From positions 34,990 through 98,989 of the forward strand of contig CAWJBB010000059.1 in NCBI GenBank assembly GCA_963840855.1: a stretch of 64,000 nucleotides of DNA, in the 5' to 3' direction. Within the stretch, counting starts at the first letter, position 1; each line of letters begins with the position of its first letter. Under the pieces are notes generated by a model that had not been told where the DNA came from, did not search any database, and saw nothing but the letters and a program-made list of their open reading frames with translations. This DNA is from an uncultured delta proteobacterium. Its GTDB lineage: Bacteria; Desulfobacterota; Binatia; UBA9968. Of the stretch, positions 14,260 through 23,561 are shown piece by piece. The translations under genes were made by a program, and so were the position numbers.

Positions 14260-14346
14260 GTTCAAAGTTCAAGGTTCAACGTTCAAAGTTGAAGATTCAA
14301 GATTCCGGATCCGAAACCTTGAACCTTGAACCCGGAACCTTGAACT
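14260..14346. repeat. Heptamer tandem/inverted repeat element between rny and ymdB
   Basis: About 6 GTTCAAN units followed by about 4 inverted ACCTTGA units; can fold into one long hairpin. Confidence 0.85.
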
Positions 14347-15911
14347 TATTTCGCAAAATCCACCGAGCGCATTTCACGAATCACAGTGACTTTGATCTGC
14401 CCCGGATAGGTCATTTCGTTTTCAATCTTGCGCGCCATCTCCCGCGCCATGCGCGCGGCCTCGTCGTCGGAGACGATATCGTGCTGCACCATGACGCGAA
14501 TCTCTCTTCCCGCCTGCACCGCGTAGGACTTCTCCACCCCCTTGAACGAATTGGTGATGCGCTCCAGGTCCTCCAGGCGGCGCACGTAGCTCTCCATCAT
14601 CTCGCGCCGCGCGCCCGGGCGGGCGCCCGATAACGCATCCGCCGCGTCCACGAGAGGCGCCAGGATGGTTTCCGCTTTAACGTCTTCATGGTGCGCCGCG
14701 ATGGCGTTGACGATCTTCGGCGATTCGCCGTACTTGCGCGCCAACTCCGCGCCGATGATCGCGTGGGAACCTTCTACTTCGTGGTCGACGGCCTTGCCGA
14801 TATCGTGCAACAAAGCCGCCCGCCGCGCCTGTTTTTCATTGAGCCCCAACTCCACAGCCATGTGGCCGCAAATAAACGCCGCTTCGATGGAATGGAGCAA
14901 GACATTTTGCGCATAACTGTACCGGTACTTGAGCCGGCCCAAGAGCTTGACGATTTCCGGATGGACGCCGTGAATACCGACATCGAAAATTGCCTTTTGT
15001 CCCGCCTCGCGAATCGATTCGTCGAGTTCTTGCTCAGACTTGCGCACCACCTCTTCGATACGCCCCGGGTGAATACGCCCGTCCGCAACCAATTTCTCCA
15101 GAGACAACCGCGCGACTTCCCGGCGAATCGGATTATGACCCGAAATGACGACCGTCTCCGGCGTGTCGTCCACGATAAGATCGATACCCGTCGCCGCTTC
15201 CAGCGCGCGGATGTTCCGCCCTTCGCGGCCGATGATTTTTCCCTTCAACTCGTCGTTGGGCAGCGGAAATACCGTCACGGAACGTTCCGCGACAAAATCC
15301 CCGGCCAATCTCTCGATGGCCAGCGCAACGATCTTCTGGGCCTTACGCACCGCCTCCTCCTTGGCCCCCTCTTCAATCACGCGAATGCGTTTCGCCGAAT
15401 CATGCTTGGCTTCTTCGGTCATCTCATCGATGAGGCTTTTCTTGGCCTCTTCGCGGGTCATTCCCGCAACCTGCTCGAGCTGCCGGCGGGCTTGATCGAC
15501 CTGTCGAGCGCATTCAACGGCTTGATCTTCAATCGCCTTCTCGCGTGACTTGAGAGCGTTTTCACGCCTGGAAAGCTCTCCTTCACGCTTGTCGACGGAG
15601 TCCACCCGCTTATCGATTAATTCCTCTTTGCCGATCAGCCGCTTCTCCTGGCTCTGCAGCTCCCGGCGTGCCTCTCGAACCTCCTTCTCAAAATCGGCCT
15701 TTCCCCTTAAAACGATATCCTTCGCCTGAATCTCGGCTTCCTTCCTGATGACCGCGGCGTCTTTTTTTGCCTCTTCAATAATTCTGCTGGCGCCTTGCTT
15801 TGCCGATTCCAGTTGTCCCTGACTCTGCTTGCTCCGAATCCAAGTAAAAACCAGCGCCAAAATGACGCCCCCGACCAATCCCGCTAAACCAACTAGCACT
15901 ACTTCATTCAA
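14346..15911 (-). CDS. rny: Ribonuclease Y
   Basis: N-terminal TM, coiled coil, KH domain ([13 protein letters not shown]) and HD domain (LLHDIGK). Confidence 0.97.
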   Translation of the reverse strand: MNEVVLVGLAGLVGGVILALVFTWIRSKQSQGQLESAKQGASRIIEEAKKDAAVIRKEAEIQAKDIVLRGKADFEKEVREARRELQSQEKRLIGKEELIDKRVDSVDKREGELSRRENALKSREKAIEDQAVECARQVDQARRQLEQVAGMTREEAKKSLIDEMTEEAKHDSAKRIRVIEEGAKEEAVRKAQKIVALAIERLAGDFVAERSVTVFPLPNDELKGKIIGREGRNIRALEAATGIDLIVDDTPETVVISGHNPIRREVARLSLEKLVADGRIHPGRIEEVVRKSEQELDESIREAGQKAIFDVGIHGVHPEIVKLLGRLKYRYSYAQNVLLHSIEAAFICGHMAVELGLNEKQARRAALLHDIGKAVDHEVEGSHAIIGAELARKYGESPKIVNAIAAHHEDVKAETILAPLVDAADALSGARPGARREMMESYVRRLEDLERITNSFKGVEKSYAVQAGREIRVMVQHDIVSDDEAARMAREMARKIENEMTYPGQIKVTVIREMRSVDFAK

Positions 15912-15937
15912 TTAAAACACCCCCTTATCTTTACCAA

Positions 15938-16558
15938 TCACTGCGACACTTGCCTCAACGGCGGGTTCGCGGTGTCGCAGTCTATGAGTTTCGTTTCAGT
16001 TACGATGTAATGAACTTTTCGGTCCCATGCCTCGGTGGGCACTTTCTCGACCACTTGAAAATCGTAGGACAGCGCCACCAGGGTGGCTTTGTCGTCCAGG
16101 CGCGCCAGGATTCGATCATACCAGCCTTTTCCTCTTCCCAAGCGATTGCCTGCGGCGTCGAACGCGACCCCGGGGACAAATACAACGAGGTTCTGCCGAT
16201 CCCCATCGGACAACCGCTCCGTACCGGTAGGTTCGAGAATACCGTAGCGGCCGGCACGTAAATCGTCGCCGGATGCGGCGCGAATGAACTGGCCGGCCCC
16301 GCCCGCGCCGGTTCGAGGGTAGAAAACCTTGCGTCCCTCGCTCAGAGCATTCTTGAGGATCTCCTCGGTGTCGACTTCGTTTTCCGCCGGGCTGTACAGC
16401 GCTACCGAACGGGAGGCGGCGTAGGCCGGCAGCTGAAGCGCGCGGGTCTGAATCGCCCGGCTGCGCAGAAGGCATTCATGCTTGGTGAGCGCGTTGCGCT
16501 GGGACAATACCGTTCCGCGCAAAGCGAGCTTCTTCTCTTCGTTAGCCACGCGCCACAT
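15938..16558 (-). CDS. 5-formyltetrahydrofolate cyclo-ligase
   Basis: VPGVAFDAAGNRLGRGKGWYDR signature. Start trimmed to the ATG at 16558 (or GTG at 16549). Confidence 0.92.
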   Translation of the reverse strand: MWRVANEEKKLALRGTVLSQRNALTKHECLLRSRAIQTRALQLPAYAASRSVALYSPAENEVDTEEILKNALSEGRKVFYPRTGAGGAGQFIRAASGDDLRAGRYGILEPTGTERLSDGDRQNLVVFVPGVAFDAAGNRLGRGKGWYDRILARLDDKATLVALSYDFQVVEKVPTEAWDRKVHYIVTETKLIDCDTANPPLRQVSQ

Positions 16559-16600
16559 TGGATTGCACCGCGAGTACGCGTGAGATGAAGAGGAATTTTC

Positions 16601-16816
16601 GGGGAAGGGCTTATCAGCGAAGTGATCTAGACGGGAAACGAGTTGGTCCCCGCGACGACCGCGTTCGACGCGGCTCCAGGAGCGGCACCAAAGTGGTAAA
16701 ACCCAACGGAATTTCCACGACTTTATTAAAACTTCCCAAACGGGTTCGCCACATTCCAATGCTCTTCAAGAACGCAAGAACCCACGCGATCAAATCGTTA
16801 AGTATCGCTTCTCCCC
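16601..16816 (-). ncRNA. ssrS: Probable 6S RNA
   Basis: Conserved position between zapA and the cyclo-ligase gene. The termini GGGGAGAAG...CTTCCCC and internal TGATC/GATCA can pair as a rod. Boundaries approximate. Confidence 0.65.
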
Positions 16817-16915
16817 AATTCCACATCATTCCACGCTGCCTTAATGTGCGGCTTTGCTCCCTCCGCGCGGTTTTGCGAGCGCCGGCATTGAGCAAAGCCA
16901 ACACGGCTCGAACTC

Positions 16916-17194
16916 TCAACCCTCCTCGGTCAAACTTGTCGCTAATCGGCTCGAAATTTGATCCAGTTTGTGCAACATCGACTCATGCGCGTCTTTAAGC
17001 CGATGATACTCATCGGCGATATTGAGCGCCGCCAACATGGCGATATTCGATCTGGCAATGGGTTTCGGCGACTGCAGCAACTCCTGCATTTTGCCATCGA
17101 CATACCCGGCGACCCGTAGCATGTAACCTTCCTCGGCATCGCTGCTGATCGTGAGTTTTTGCCCTAAAATTTCGACATCCAGCGCCTTTTTCAT
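16916..17194 (-). CDS. zapA: Cell division protein ZapA
   Basis: VEILGQ...VAGYVDGKM...AMLAALNIADE. Confidence 0.92.
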   Translation of the reverse strand: MKKALDVEILGQKLTISSDAEEGYMLRVAGYVDGKMQELLQSPKPIARSNIAMLAALNIADEYHRLKDAHESMLHKLDQISSRLATSLTEEG

Positions 17195-17209
17195 TGCCGC
17201 TTCCCCTGA

Positions 17210-17440
17210 TCAGTCAGAGATATCCATACTGGCCAACTGTCCGATGATTTTATTTATCTTTTCCCTGAGCTCAATCCGCTCACGCTCATAGCGCCGTATT
17301 TGCCCTTGTAGATGGTGCCACTCGCTTTCCTTCTCAGCAAGTTTCTTTTCGATGGAAGCTTTTTCCTTCTTCACCCGCTCATGATTTTCGATCAGGCGAT
17401 TAATCGTCCCTTCAAGTTGGTCAATATTGTCGAAAGGCAT
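17210..17440 (-). CDS. ZapB-like coiled-coil protein
   Basis: 76-aa heptad-rich protein directly upstream of zapA. Confidence 0.7.
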   Translation of the reverse strand: MPFDNIDQLEGTINRLIENHERVKKEKASIEKKLAEKESEWHHLQGQIRRYERERIELREKINKIIGQLASMDISD

Positions 17441-17471
17441 CGCTGAACGCACCTCGAAAACTTCATGTTTG

Positions 17472-17500
17472 AGTTTAGTTTTAAGCCCCAGCCTTGTCAA
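17472..17500 (-). promoter_or_regulatory. Promoter of the zap operon
   Basis: TTGACA-17 bp-TAAACT. Confidence 0.7.
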
Positions 17501-17677
17501 GGTGAACTTTAGACCGGTTTTTGAGCGATACACCCGGTTCAAGGTTCAAAGTTCTCAAGGTTTAATGTCTCAATTCTGCACTCAACTGCCGGATGGCGTG
17601 AGGCCGTCGCAGCTCGTCCTTAGATTCTGCGGAAAACCTTAGAATAGTTCGACGACAATGCTCATACTTCGAAAAGC

Positions 17678-17923
17678 TCAATAAAACAGAAAATCTCCAA
17701 TGATTTCAACTGCTCCACTCGTTCCTTCGATTAAACTAGTGACCAGCAAAGTTCCTAAGGACAACGCGCAGATCTGCATAGAGAATAATCCCCAGATGAA
17801 TAATAGTAGTGTTGGTACATCGCCGAACACTCCCAGCATCAACAAGGCTCCGATCCCGCCAAAAATACAAATCCCGTAGTCAAAAACTTCTAACCGGTGC
17901 AATGTATCATTCTCGCTTCGCAA
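17678..17923 (-). CDS. Small hydrophobic hypothetical protein (possible cassette remnant)
   Basis: AT-rich ORF with two hydrophobic stretches, beginning just after the GTTAGGC core of repeat copy A. Confidence 0.35.
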   Translation of the reverse strand: MRSENDTLHRLEVFDYGICIFGGIGALLMLGVFGDVPTLLLFIWGLFSMQICALSLGTLLVTSLIEGTSGAVEIIGDFLFY

Positions 17924-17939
17924 TCTGGCAACAGGCTAT

Positions 17940-18110
17940 GCCTAACCAGAAACGCGGAACAGTATTTGCCGATATTAATATCTGTAAATGCCAAATGCGA
18001 AATCGCTTCCATGAGCGCGGAACTCCGCCCTAGTGTTGGCGACGCGGAATTGTCGGGAGCAATAGTAACTGCATCCCTGACACTGAATCGTTTCTCCCAA
18101 GTCGATGAAG
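17940..18110 (-). repeat. Promoter + attI-like module, copy A
   Basis: Aligns with 22349-22534 and 23562-23748 and ends in GTTAGGC on the minus strand. Confidence 0.75.
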
Positions 18111-18335
18111 AACTGTTGAAATGGTTGGCCTGCACAATTCCCTACGCTGGGCTCAGAGGTCCGAATTCTGATTTCAGGAATGTCGTATCCAAGCACCGCG
18201 TAAAGCGATTGTTTCCACGATTGCAAATAGCAAAAATCTGCCTTGACCCCCAGCTGGCATTCTGGAAGTTGCATTAACGAGCAGGCGTCGCATTTTGACC
18301 GATGCGCGCTCGACTTTCTTTGGTTCAAGGTCGGA

Positions 18336-18365
18336 TTGACACGGACGCGCTATCCGTCGGATAAT
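18336..18365 (+). promoter_or_regulatory. Putative promoter of the 2-TM/TPR operon
   Basis: TTGACA-18 bp-GATAAT, 36 nt upstream of the ATG at 18402. Confidence 0.5.
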
Positions 18366-18401
18366 TCCGGCCAGGCGTGTCAGAGTACATATAGTGTGTA
18401 T

Positions 18402-18791
18402 ATGGAGCCCTGGATTGAAATTGTGACGCACCCGTTGGGTCTCGTCGGGTTTTCGCTTTTCATCGTGTTTTCCCTCCTGGCTCGAATGGGTCCCACCGGT
18501 CGTTGGCCGTGGCTCGCGCCTGCAGCCGTCACCATGGCTTTCATTGCGCTGCTCGGCGGCCTCGGCTTGGCATTCAGGCAAAGCCATCGAACCGCGGTCC
18601 AAGAAAAACCTGATAAGGCGGTCACGGAGAAGTCTGTTGCAAATGGAACCGGCCAGACGCAAGGGCAAGCTCCGCCGGAGCAACCGACGACAATCCAGCA
18701 ACAGACTTCCGGATCGCAAAGTCCCGCCGTCTCCAACATCCAAGGAGACGTAAACATCACGATCCAGGGGAATCAGGAACAAAAACGGTGA
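18402..18791 (+). CDS. Small 2-TM membrane protein with a C-terminal Q/N/G-rich amyloid-like motif
   Basis: Two hydrophobic helices with a basic loop, a low-complexity linker, then TIQQQTSGSQSPAVSNIQGDVNITIQG. The stop overlaps the next start. Confidence 0.8.
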   Translation: MEPWIEIVTHPLGLVGFSLFIVFSLLARMGPTGRWPWLAPAAVTMAFIALLGGLGLAFRQSHRTAVQEKPDKAVTEKSVANGTGQTQGQAPPEQPTTIQQQTSGSQSPAVSNIQGDVNITIQGNQEQKR

Positions 18792-20665
18792 TGAGATTCA
18801 TCGCGTTTTGCTTTTTGACCCTCGCCGCAGTTGCCGCTCGCGCGGCGACATTCGAGCAAACCACGTCGGGCTGGTGCAGTCCCGCCGTCGCCGCGGTTCA
18901 AGGCAAGGTGACGATCGTCTGCAACGGAGTGGACCCGAAAGCTCTCCACCGACTCAACGAGCTGCTAGACAAGAAAGACGTGGAACTCGCCAGGAAGGTT
19001 GCCGAGGCCGAAGAATGGGCCCGCCGATACCGGGAGCTCGAGCAGCGCCTCGCCGACGAGACGAACAACGCCGGGCGGCCCGACCTCGCGGAGCTGCTTG
19101 CCGACGCCCAGCGGAGCCTGAAGGACGGCGATCTGGAAAAAGCGGGCGCCCTGCTCGACCGGTTGATCGAATCGAGCGAAGCCGAAGTCGGGCGCGCCGC
19201 CACCCATCACTACAGCCGCGCTCAGGTCTTCGACCTTCAATTCAAGGCGGCCCAAGCCCTGCCTCATTACGAAAGGGCTCATCGCTATCGCCCCGAGGAT
19301 TTGAAGTACGCATTCGCTTATGCCAACGCGCTGTTCGCTGCCAACCGCTATGCCGAAGCGGAAACCCTCTATATCGATAATGTAAAAAAACTACGGAACC
19401 TGAGCCGCGATGATCCCCAAAAGTATCTCCCCATGCTCGCCGGAAATCTTGGGAACCTCGCTTATCTTCGCGGCGATATGGGGCGCCAAAACGAGGCGGA
19501 GGAAGCGAGCCTGGAGTCTTTGGAGATCCTCCGGGCCCTCGCCGGCGGCGAGCCTTTGTTTCACCTTCCTCTGCTTGCGAAGGGGCTTACGATCCAGGGC
19601 GATCTCTATCAGAGCGTCTTGAGATGGAAGGACGCCGAGGCGGCCTACCAGGAGGCGCTCGACCTTCGCCGCAAGCTGACGACTGCCGATCGTTCGCGTT
19701 ATCTGCCCGAAGTCGCCGATACGCTCAACGCCCTCGGACGTCTTTACCTGACGACCCAGCGCGTCGCCGGCGCGGAAAAAATGTTCGCCGAAGCTTTGGA
19801 TACGTATCAAGCGCTCGCACAGGAAAAACCCGCAGTCTACTTACCCGACTTGACCGAGGCTCTTGGGCAGATGGGACTGCTCTATGTGTACACCCGACGA
19901 TTGGAAGCTGCGGAAAAGAGCTACCGTGAAGCCTACGAGATTCTCACGAAACTGTCGCGGGAAGATCCGGCAGGGTACGAGAGCTCGATGGCATGGATGC
20001 AGCTACAGTTGGGGATCGTATACACCGAAACCCGTCCTGCCGAAGCTGAGCAGGCAATTGCCGAAAGCGTCAAACGTTACCGCAAACTGGCGGATCACAA
20101 CCCCGCAAAATTCTCTCGGGCGGTGGCCATGGCCCTCGAGTTGGTGGGGAGGTCTTACCATAATTCCCAGCGCTTGACTGAAGCCGAGAGCGCCTACGAC
20201 GAATCCCTGAAGATTCGGCGCAAACTGGCGAAGGAAAACCCGCTGGCCAGAATGGAGCTGGCGGGAGTATTGACCCGAGTCGGCGTTCTTTATGCGGCGA
20301 CCCACCGTCGCAATGAGGCGGAGCGGGCGTACAATGAAGCGCTGGCAATTCGACGTCAACTCGACCCTTCCCATTCCGGCCTGCTCGAAGGCCTGGCGGA
20401 TACACTGCACAATCTCGGCGTCCTGCTTTACGAGTTGGGCCGTTGGAATGAATCCGAAAAAGCGCTACGGGAAGCGCTCGAAATTCGCCGCAAACTGGCC
20501 GAAGTCAATCCAGCGGCTAATGTTCCCCACCTGGCCGCGACACTCAAGAGTGCCGGAACTCTTTACCGAGAAACGCAGCGGCCGGATGACGCCGACAAGG
20601 CGTTTGCGGAGGCCGAGGAGATTCTACGAAAGACCGCCAAGCCCCTTGCCTCATCCAGGCCTTAA
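18788..20665 (+). CDS. Secreted tetratricopeptide-repeat protein with an N-terminal amyloid-like motif
   Basis: Signal peptide (MRFIAFCFLTLAAVAARA), the motif TFEQTTSGWCSPAVAAVQGKVTIVCNG, a coiled coil, then many kinesin-light-chain-like TPRs (EALEIRRKLA). Confidence 0.88.
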   Translation: MMRFIAFCFLTLAAVAARAATFEQTTSGWCSPAVAAVQGKVTIVCNGVDPKALHRLNELLDKKDVELARKVAEAEEWARRYRELEQRLADETNNAGRPDLAELLADAQRSLKDGDLEKAGALLDRLIESSEAEVGRAATHHYSRAQVFDLQFKAAQALPHYERAHRYRPEDLKYAFAYANALFAANRYAEAETLYIDNVKKLRNLSRDDPQKYLPMLAGNLGNLAYLRGDMGRQNEAEEASLESLEILRALAGGEPLFHLPLLAKGLTIQGDLYQSVLRWKDAEAAYQEALDLRRKLTTADRSRYLPEVADTLNALGRLYLTTQRVAGAEKMFAEALDTYQALAQEKPAVYLPDLTEALGQMGLLYVYTRRLEAAEKSYREAYEILTKLSREDPAGYESSMAWMQLQLGIVYTETRPAEAEQAIAESVKRYRKLADHNPAKFSRAVAMALELVGRSYHNSQRLTEAESAYDESLKIRRKLAKENPLARMELAGVLTRVGVLYAATHRRNEAERAYNEALAIRRQLDPSHSGLLEGLADTLHNLGVLLYELGRWNESEKALREALEIRRKLAEVNPAANVPHLAATLKSAGTLYRETQRPDDADKAFAEAEEILRKTAKPLASSRP

Positions 20666-20823
20666 CTGCCCCATTTCTTAGCGAAGGGACACGCCTTCGA
20701 ACCAAGGAAGGAGCTTCTGCGGGATGTGTACGCGGGGCATGCTTCGTCGAATCCTAAGCACTAAGCAGCACGGTACCGACGCTCCTTGAATTACCTCAAC
20801 ATAGCAGCGTCTGATTGCGAGCG

Positions 20824-20853
20824 GGCTAACGATCTTGCAACCGCGTGTCGGGC
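20824..20853 (-). other. Collapsed attC-like site
   Basis: GCCCGAC-ACGCGGTTGCAAGATC-GTTAGCC: the typical left and right arms with the centre deleted, at the end of the ORF. Confidence 0.5.
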
Positions 20854-21209
20854 AGTTGCGCTGAATCGTCATCCTCTTGGTCGCGCAGGAACGCAAGGTG
20901 CACTCGGAGCATCTCGATGGCGTCGGCGCCGGCTTCCTCCTCGGTGATCAACCCGCGGTGAATGGCATGGGCAACCGCAAAGTCGAGGTTCGAATGGTCA
21001 TAAACTGAGAAGAGTTTCCGAGCAGGTCCTTGATGAAAGCGATGAATGTGGTCTGAGAGCTCGTAGGCATCGATTTCGCCAGCGCGCCATCGCCCGAACT
21101 CGGTCTCGAGTTTCGAGAGCTCAGCGGAGAGGTCCCGTTCGTAAGCGACCGCGCCCAGCTCGCGAAGCCTTCGGCGTTGCGCTTTCGAGAACTCGCGGTT
21201 GGTCTTCAT
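20826..21209 (-). CDS. Hypothetical protein (gene cassette)
   Basis: MKTNREFSKAQRRRLRELGAVAYERDL starts 17 nt after an attC core. Confidence 0.75.
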   Translation of the reverse strand: MKTNREFSKAQRRRLRELGAVAYERDLSAELSKLETEFGRWRAGEIDAYELSDHIHRFHQGPARKLFSVYDHSNLDFAVAHAIHRGLITEEEAGADAIEMLRVHLAFLRDQEDDDSAQLPDTRLQDR

Positions 21210-21225
21210 TCCCTGGCTCCAAGCT

Positions 21226-21289
21226 GTCCAACGTTCATCGTGAACGGCGCGCCGCTCGCGGAGCGGCCGTTTCGACGGTGCTGTTAGAT
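21226..21289 (-). other. Integron attC site
   Basis: 64-bp imperfect palindrome ATCTAAC (RYYYAAC) ... GCCGCTCCGCGAGCGGC ... GTTGGAC (GTTRRRY) lying between two co-oriented short ORFs. Confidence 0.8.
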
Positions 21290-21633
21290 CGCGACGGAAT
21301 TGCCCGAAACGACGAATCGTCGCCAAGATGAAAGTAAAGATGACCGTAAAGCTCGCCGCCTCTTAAGACGGCCCAGCCTCGGCCGGATACGGGATCCATT
21401 TCATCGTTCCCCAACCATGAAAACTCGACACGGTATTCTCCGCGGAATTCTTCCACGCGGCAGTCAAGTTCGCCATGTACTGCCCCGAAATGAAACTCGC
21501 CGTTACCGCCTTTCGAAAAGTCGATGTAGCCCGGACCTTCAAGATCAATGAACTCCCGGTCCCATTGCTCCATCTCAATGATGCGCCATCGTCCGAGAAA
21601 AAGATTGCTAGATTTCTTCACGCGCGTAGGCAT
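21235..21633 (-). CDS. Hypothetical beta-rich protein (gene cassette)
   Basis: FLGRWRIIEMEQWD...GNDEMDPVSGRGWA. It is preceded by an attC right-arm-like sequence (about 21647-21664) and reads into the attC. Confidence 0.75.
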   Translation of the reverse strand: MPTRVKKSSNLFLGRWRIIEMEQWDREFIDLEGPGYIDFSKGGNGEFHFGAVHGELDCRVEEFRGEYRVEFSWLGNDEMDPVSGRGWAVLRGGELYGHLYFHLGDDSSFRAIPSRSNSTVETAAPRAARRSR

Positions 21634-21738
21634 GTCACGTGTCGCGAACCAACGCTCCGGGTGAGAGTGGCATCTTTTTTTTAGCTTCCTTTTCCCCCAA
21701 GGCTTAGCTGACCTTTCAAAACTTGTACTCGGTCTGAC

Positions 21739-21990
21739 CTACTGTTTCGCGAGCGGCTGCTTCTTGCCGACTGACACCTTCTTCAGCTGGATTACCAACC
21801 GCAAGGCTTCGTTCACCGCTTCGGCGTCATTTGCAAAAGCCTTGGCCACATCCGGTGCCAATAGGACTAGGTTCGTCCCAGCCCGATACCGCTCGGCGTA
21901 CTTGCCTCTGACTCCATCCTTGAGCAGCTCGTGCAAATCATATTCGGGACGTAGCTCGTCGTCGATCTCACTTTTTCGTTTCTTCTTCAT
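21739..21990 (-). CDS. BrnA-like antitoxin
   Basis: DELRPEYD...GVRGKY...PDVAKAF...AVNEALR; overlaps the toxin gene. Confidence 0.8.
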   Translation of the reverse strand: MKKKRKSEIDDELRPEYDLHELLKDGVRGKYAERYRAGTNLVLLAPDVAKAFANDAEAVNEALRLVIQLKKVSVGKKQPLAKQ

Positions 21991-22249
21991 AAGCTTTTCT
22001 TTCAGCCCGAGTTAGCTCCCGTGCGCTAATAAGACGAATCCGTTCCCCACGCTCCGTATGGGCTACCATCACCAGACGGCCGCGCCTGGACATTCCTACG
22101 GTGATGTATCGGTCCTCTGCTAGCGAGTGGTCTGGGTCAGGCACAGTAGTCCCGAGTAAATCGCCGAAAACCGTCGCCGCCTCGTTGAATGAGATCCTAT
22201 GGTTGCGAACGTTCTTCGCGGCCTTTTTTGGATCCCACTCGAATTCCAC
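21968..22249 (-). CDS. BrnT-family (DUF497) toxin
   Basis: FEWDPKKAAKNVRNHRISFNEA...HSLAEDRY...IRLISAR. Confidence 0.9.
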   Translation of the reverse strand: MEFEWDPKKAAKNVRNHRISFNEAATVFGDLLGTTVPDPDHSLAEDRYITVGMSRRGRLVMVAHTERGERIRLISARELTRAERKAYEEETKK

Positions 22250-22348
22250 TGGCAAAACGTAGCAGCTCCTGTCCTGTTTCGAAAGTCTACCATAAGTCGC
22301 GGAACCGCACCCCGCAGTTATCACGCGCGTTTGACACGCGCAGGAGTG

Positions 22349-22534
22349 AGCTAACCAGCAATATAAGGAACGGTGTTCTCCGATTCTAATATCTGTAAAT
22401 ACCGAATGCAAAACCGCTTCCATGATCGCGGAATTCAGGCCTGATGGCGGCGACCGGAACTGGTCGCGAGCAATAGTAACTGAATTTTTGAAACCAATAA
22501 TTTACTCTGGTTCGAACCCACGTCGATGTGTGAG
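22349..22534 (-). repeat. Promoter + attI-like module, copy B
   Basis: Contains TTGCAT-17-TAGAAT (22411-22383) and ends ...ATATTGCTG-GTTAGCT. Confidence 0.8.
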
Positions 22535-22551
22535 GGAAAAGGGCTGGCCGG

Positions 22552-22704
22552 CAATCCGATCTTTCAAAGATGCTTCGCGGAGAATTTAACCAATTCTCGG
22601 TTGAACGCTTATTGCGGTTTCTGGTTGCGCTCGGTCACGACGTGGAAATTGTGGTGAAGCCGCATCAAGGCAAAAACGAGCGCGACGCTTCGCACGTCTC
22701 TTAA
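22552..22704 (+). pseudogene. C-terminal fragment of an XRE/HigA-like HTH antitoxin
   Basis: Hand translation QSDLSKMLRGEFNQFSVERLLRFLVALGHDVEIVVKP; no start codon. Confidence 0.7.
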
Positions 22705-22831
22705 CCCCGCCGTCTCTTCCTTCCTGCCGAGCAATCCCCGCTTGCGTCGCACGCGGACTCGAAGACGGGCGCCGACGTGAAGCGTTCACACATCGCTATG
22801 CCACTGACGCGAAATCGGGTCCAGCGGCGGA

Positions 22832-23041
22832 TTAGGCCCTACGCGACCGTTTGTGTTTTGCGATCAGTTCGCGGATTGTTGGAACAAGCTCTTTAGGCAC
22901 TTCCATATCGGTTTGAGTGGAATCCTCAAAAGCCGCCTCGTCCTCAGCGACTGCCTCCTTATCCGCCCGTTGCTCGTAATGTTCCGGCACTCGGCGAACT
23001 CGTTGCTCGTTCCAACCGGGAGGAAATTTGCTCTGTTTCAT
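22832..23041 (-). CDS. Small acidic hypothetical protein (putative antitoxin; partner gene truncated)
   Basis: MKQSKFPPGWNEQRVRRVPEHYE...AEDEAAF. It is preceded by a basic C-terminal remnant (YELRGKPLFAYRRSRRRKGKK), and the stop lies within GCCTAAT, an attC-left-like sequence. Confidence 0.65.
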   Translation of the reverse strand: MKQSKFPPGWNEQRVRRVPEHYEQRADKEAVAEDEAAFEDSTQTDMEVPKELVPTIRELIAKHKRSRRA

Positions 23042-23129
23042 TTCTTTCCTTTCCTGCGTCGACTTCGTCGATACGCGAACAAAGGCTTTCCTCGTAGCTC
23101 GTATGGGGCTAACCAGTAATGGGCCGATA

Positions 23130-23508
23130 TCGACGCCAATACGATCGCGCACGACTGCAATGGCGTCGGCTGTTGGACGGTCCTCATGCGGTGCGATCCC
23201 AGAACTGTCGATCCGTCCGTCCGCGCCTAGATTCTGCTGACAGAAGGCGGCCGCCATCGGGCTGCGGCAGGTGTATAAGAACCCTTCATCGCGAGATAGG
23301 CTACAACTTGTTGCTCAAGCGTACCGACCCAAATATTGCATTGAGCCCGAATGACTTCCCGAAAGATCGTGCCAGCGCGGTCGAGCGTGAGTGTTTGCCA
23401 CAAAGGGAGAAACGCGTATGCGGCTTGCCCGGACCGGTGCCAAACGCCGACGACGGCAGGTTCGTCGTCGTCTTGAAATGGTCGAATGGATACGTTCACA
23501 TGAGTCAT
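23130..23508 (-). pseudogene. Fused fragments of a GNAT acetyltransferase N-terminus and an LMW phosphatase/arsenate reductase
   Basis: IRPFQDDDEPAVVGVW...VVAYLAM breaks off abruptly, followed by MAAAF...IDSSGIAP...AIAVVRDRIGVDI. Confidence 0.6.
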
Positions 23509-23561
23509 CGGTCAGCGTCGCTCACCGCCTCGTCGTTCGTACTTCGCGTAGCATGTCGTCC

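Noticed and set aside
16559-16919. Cyclo-ligase extension and ORFs across the zapA-cyclo-ligase gap
   Set aside because: The region is better explained by 6S RNA.
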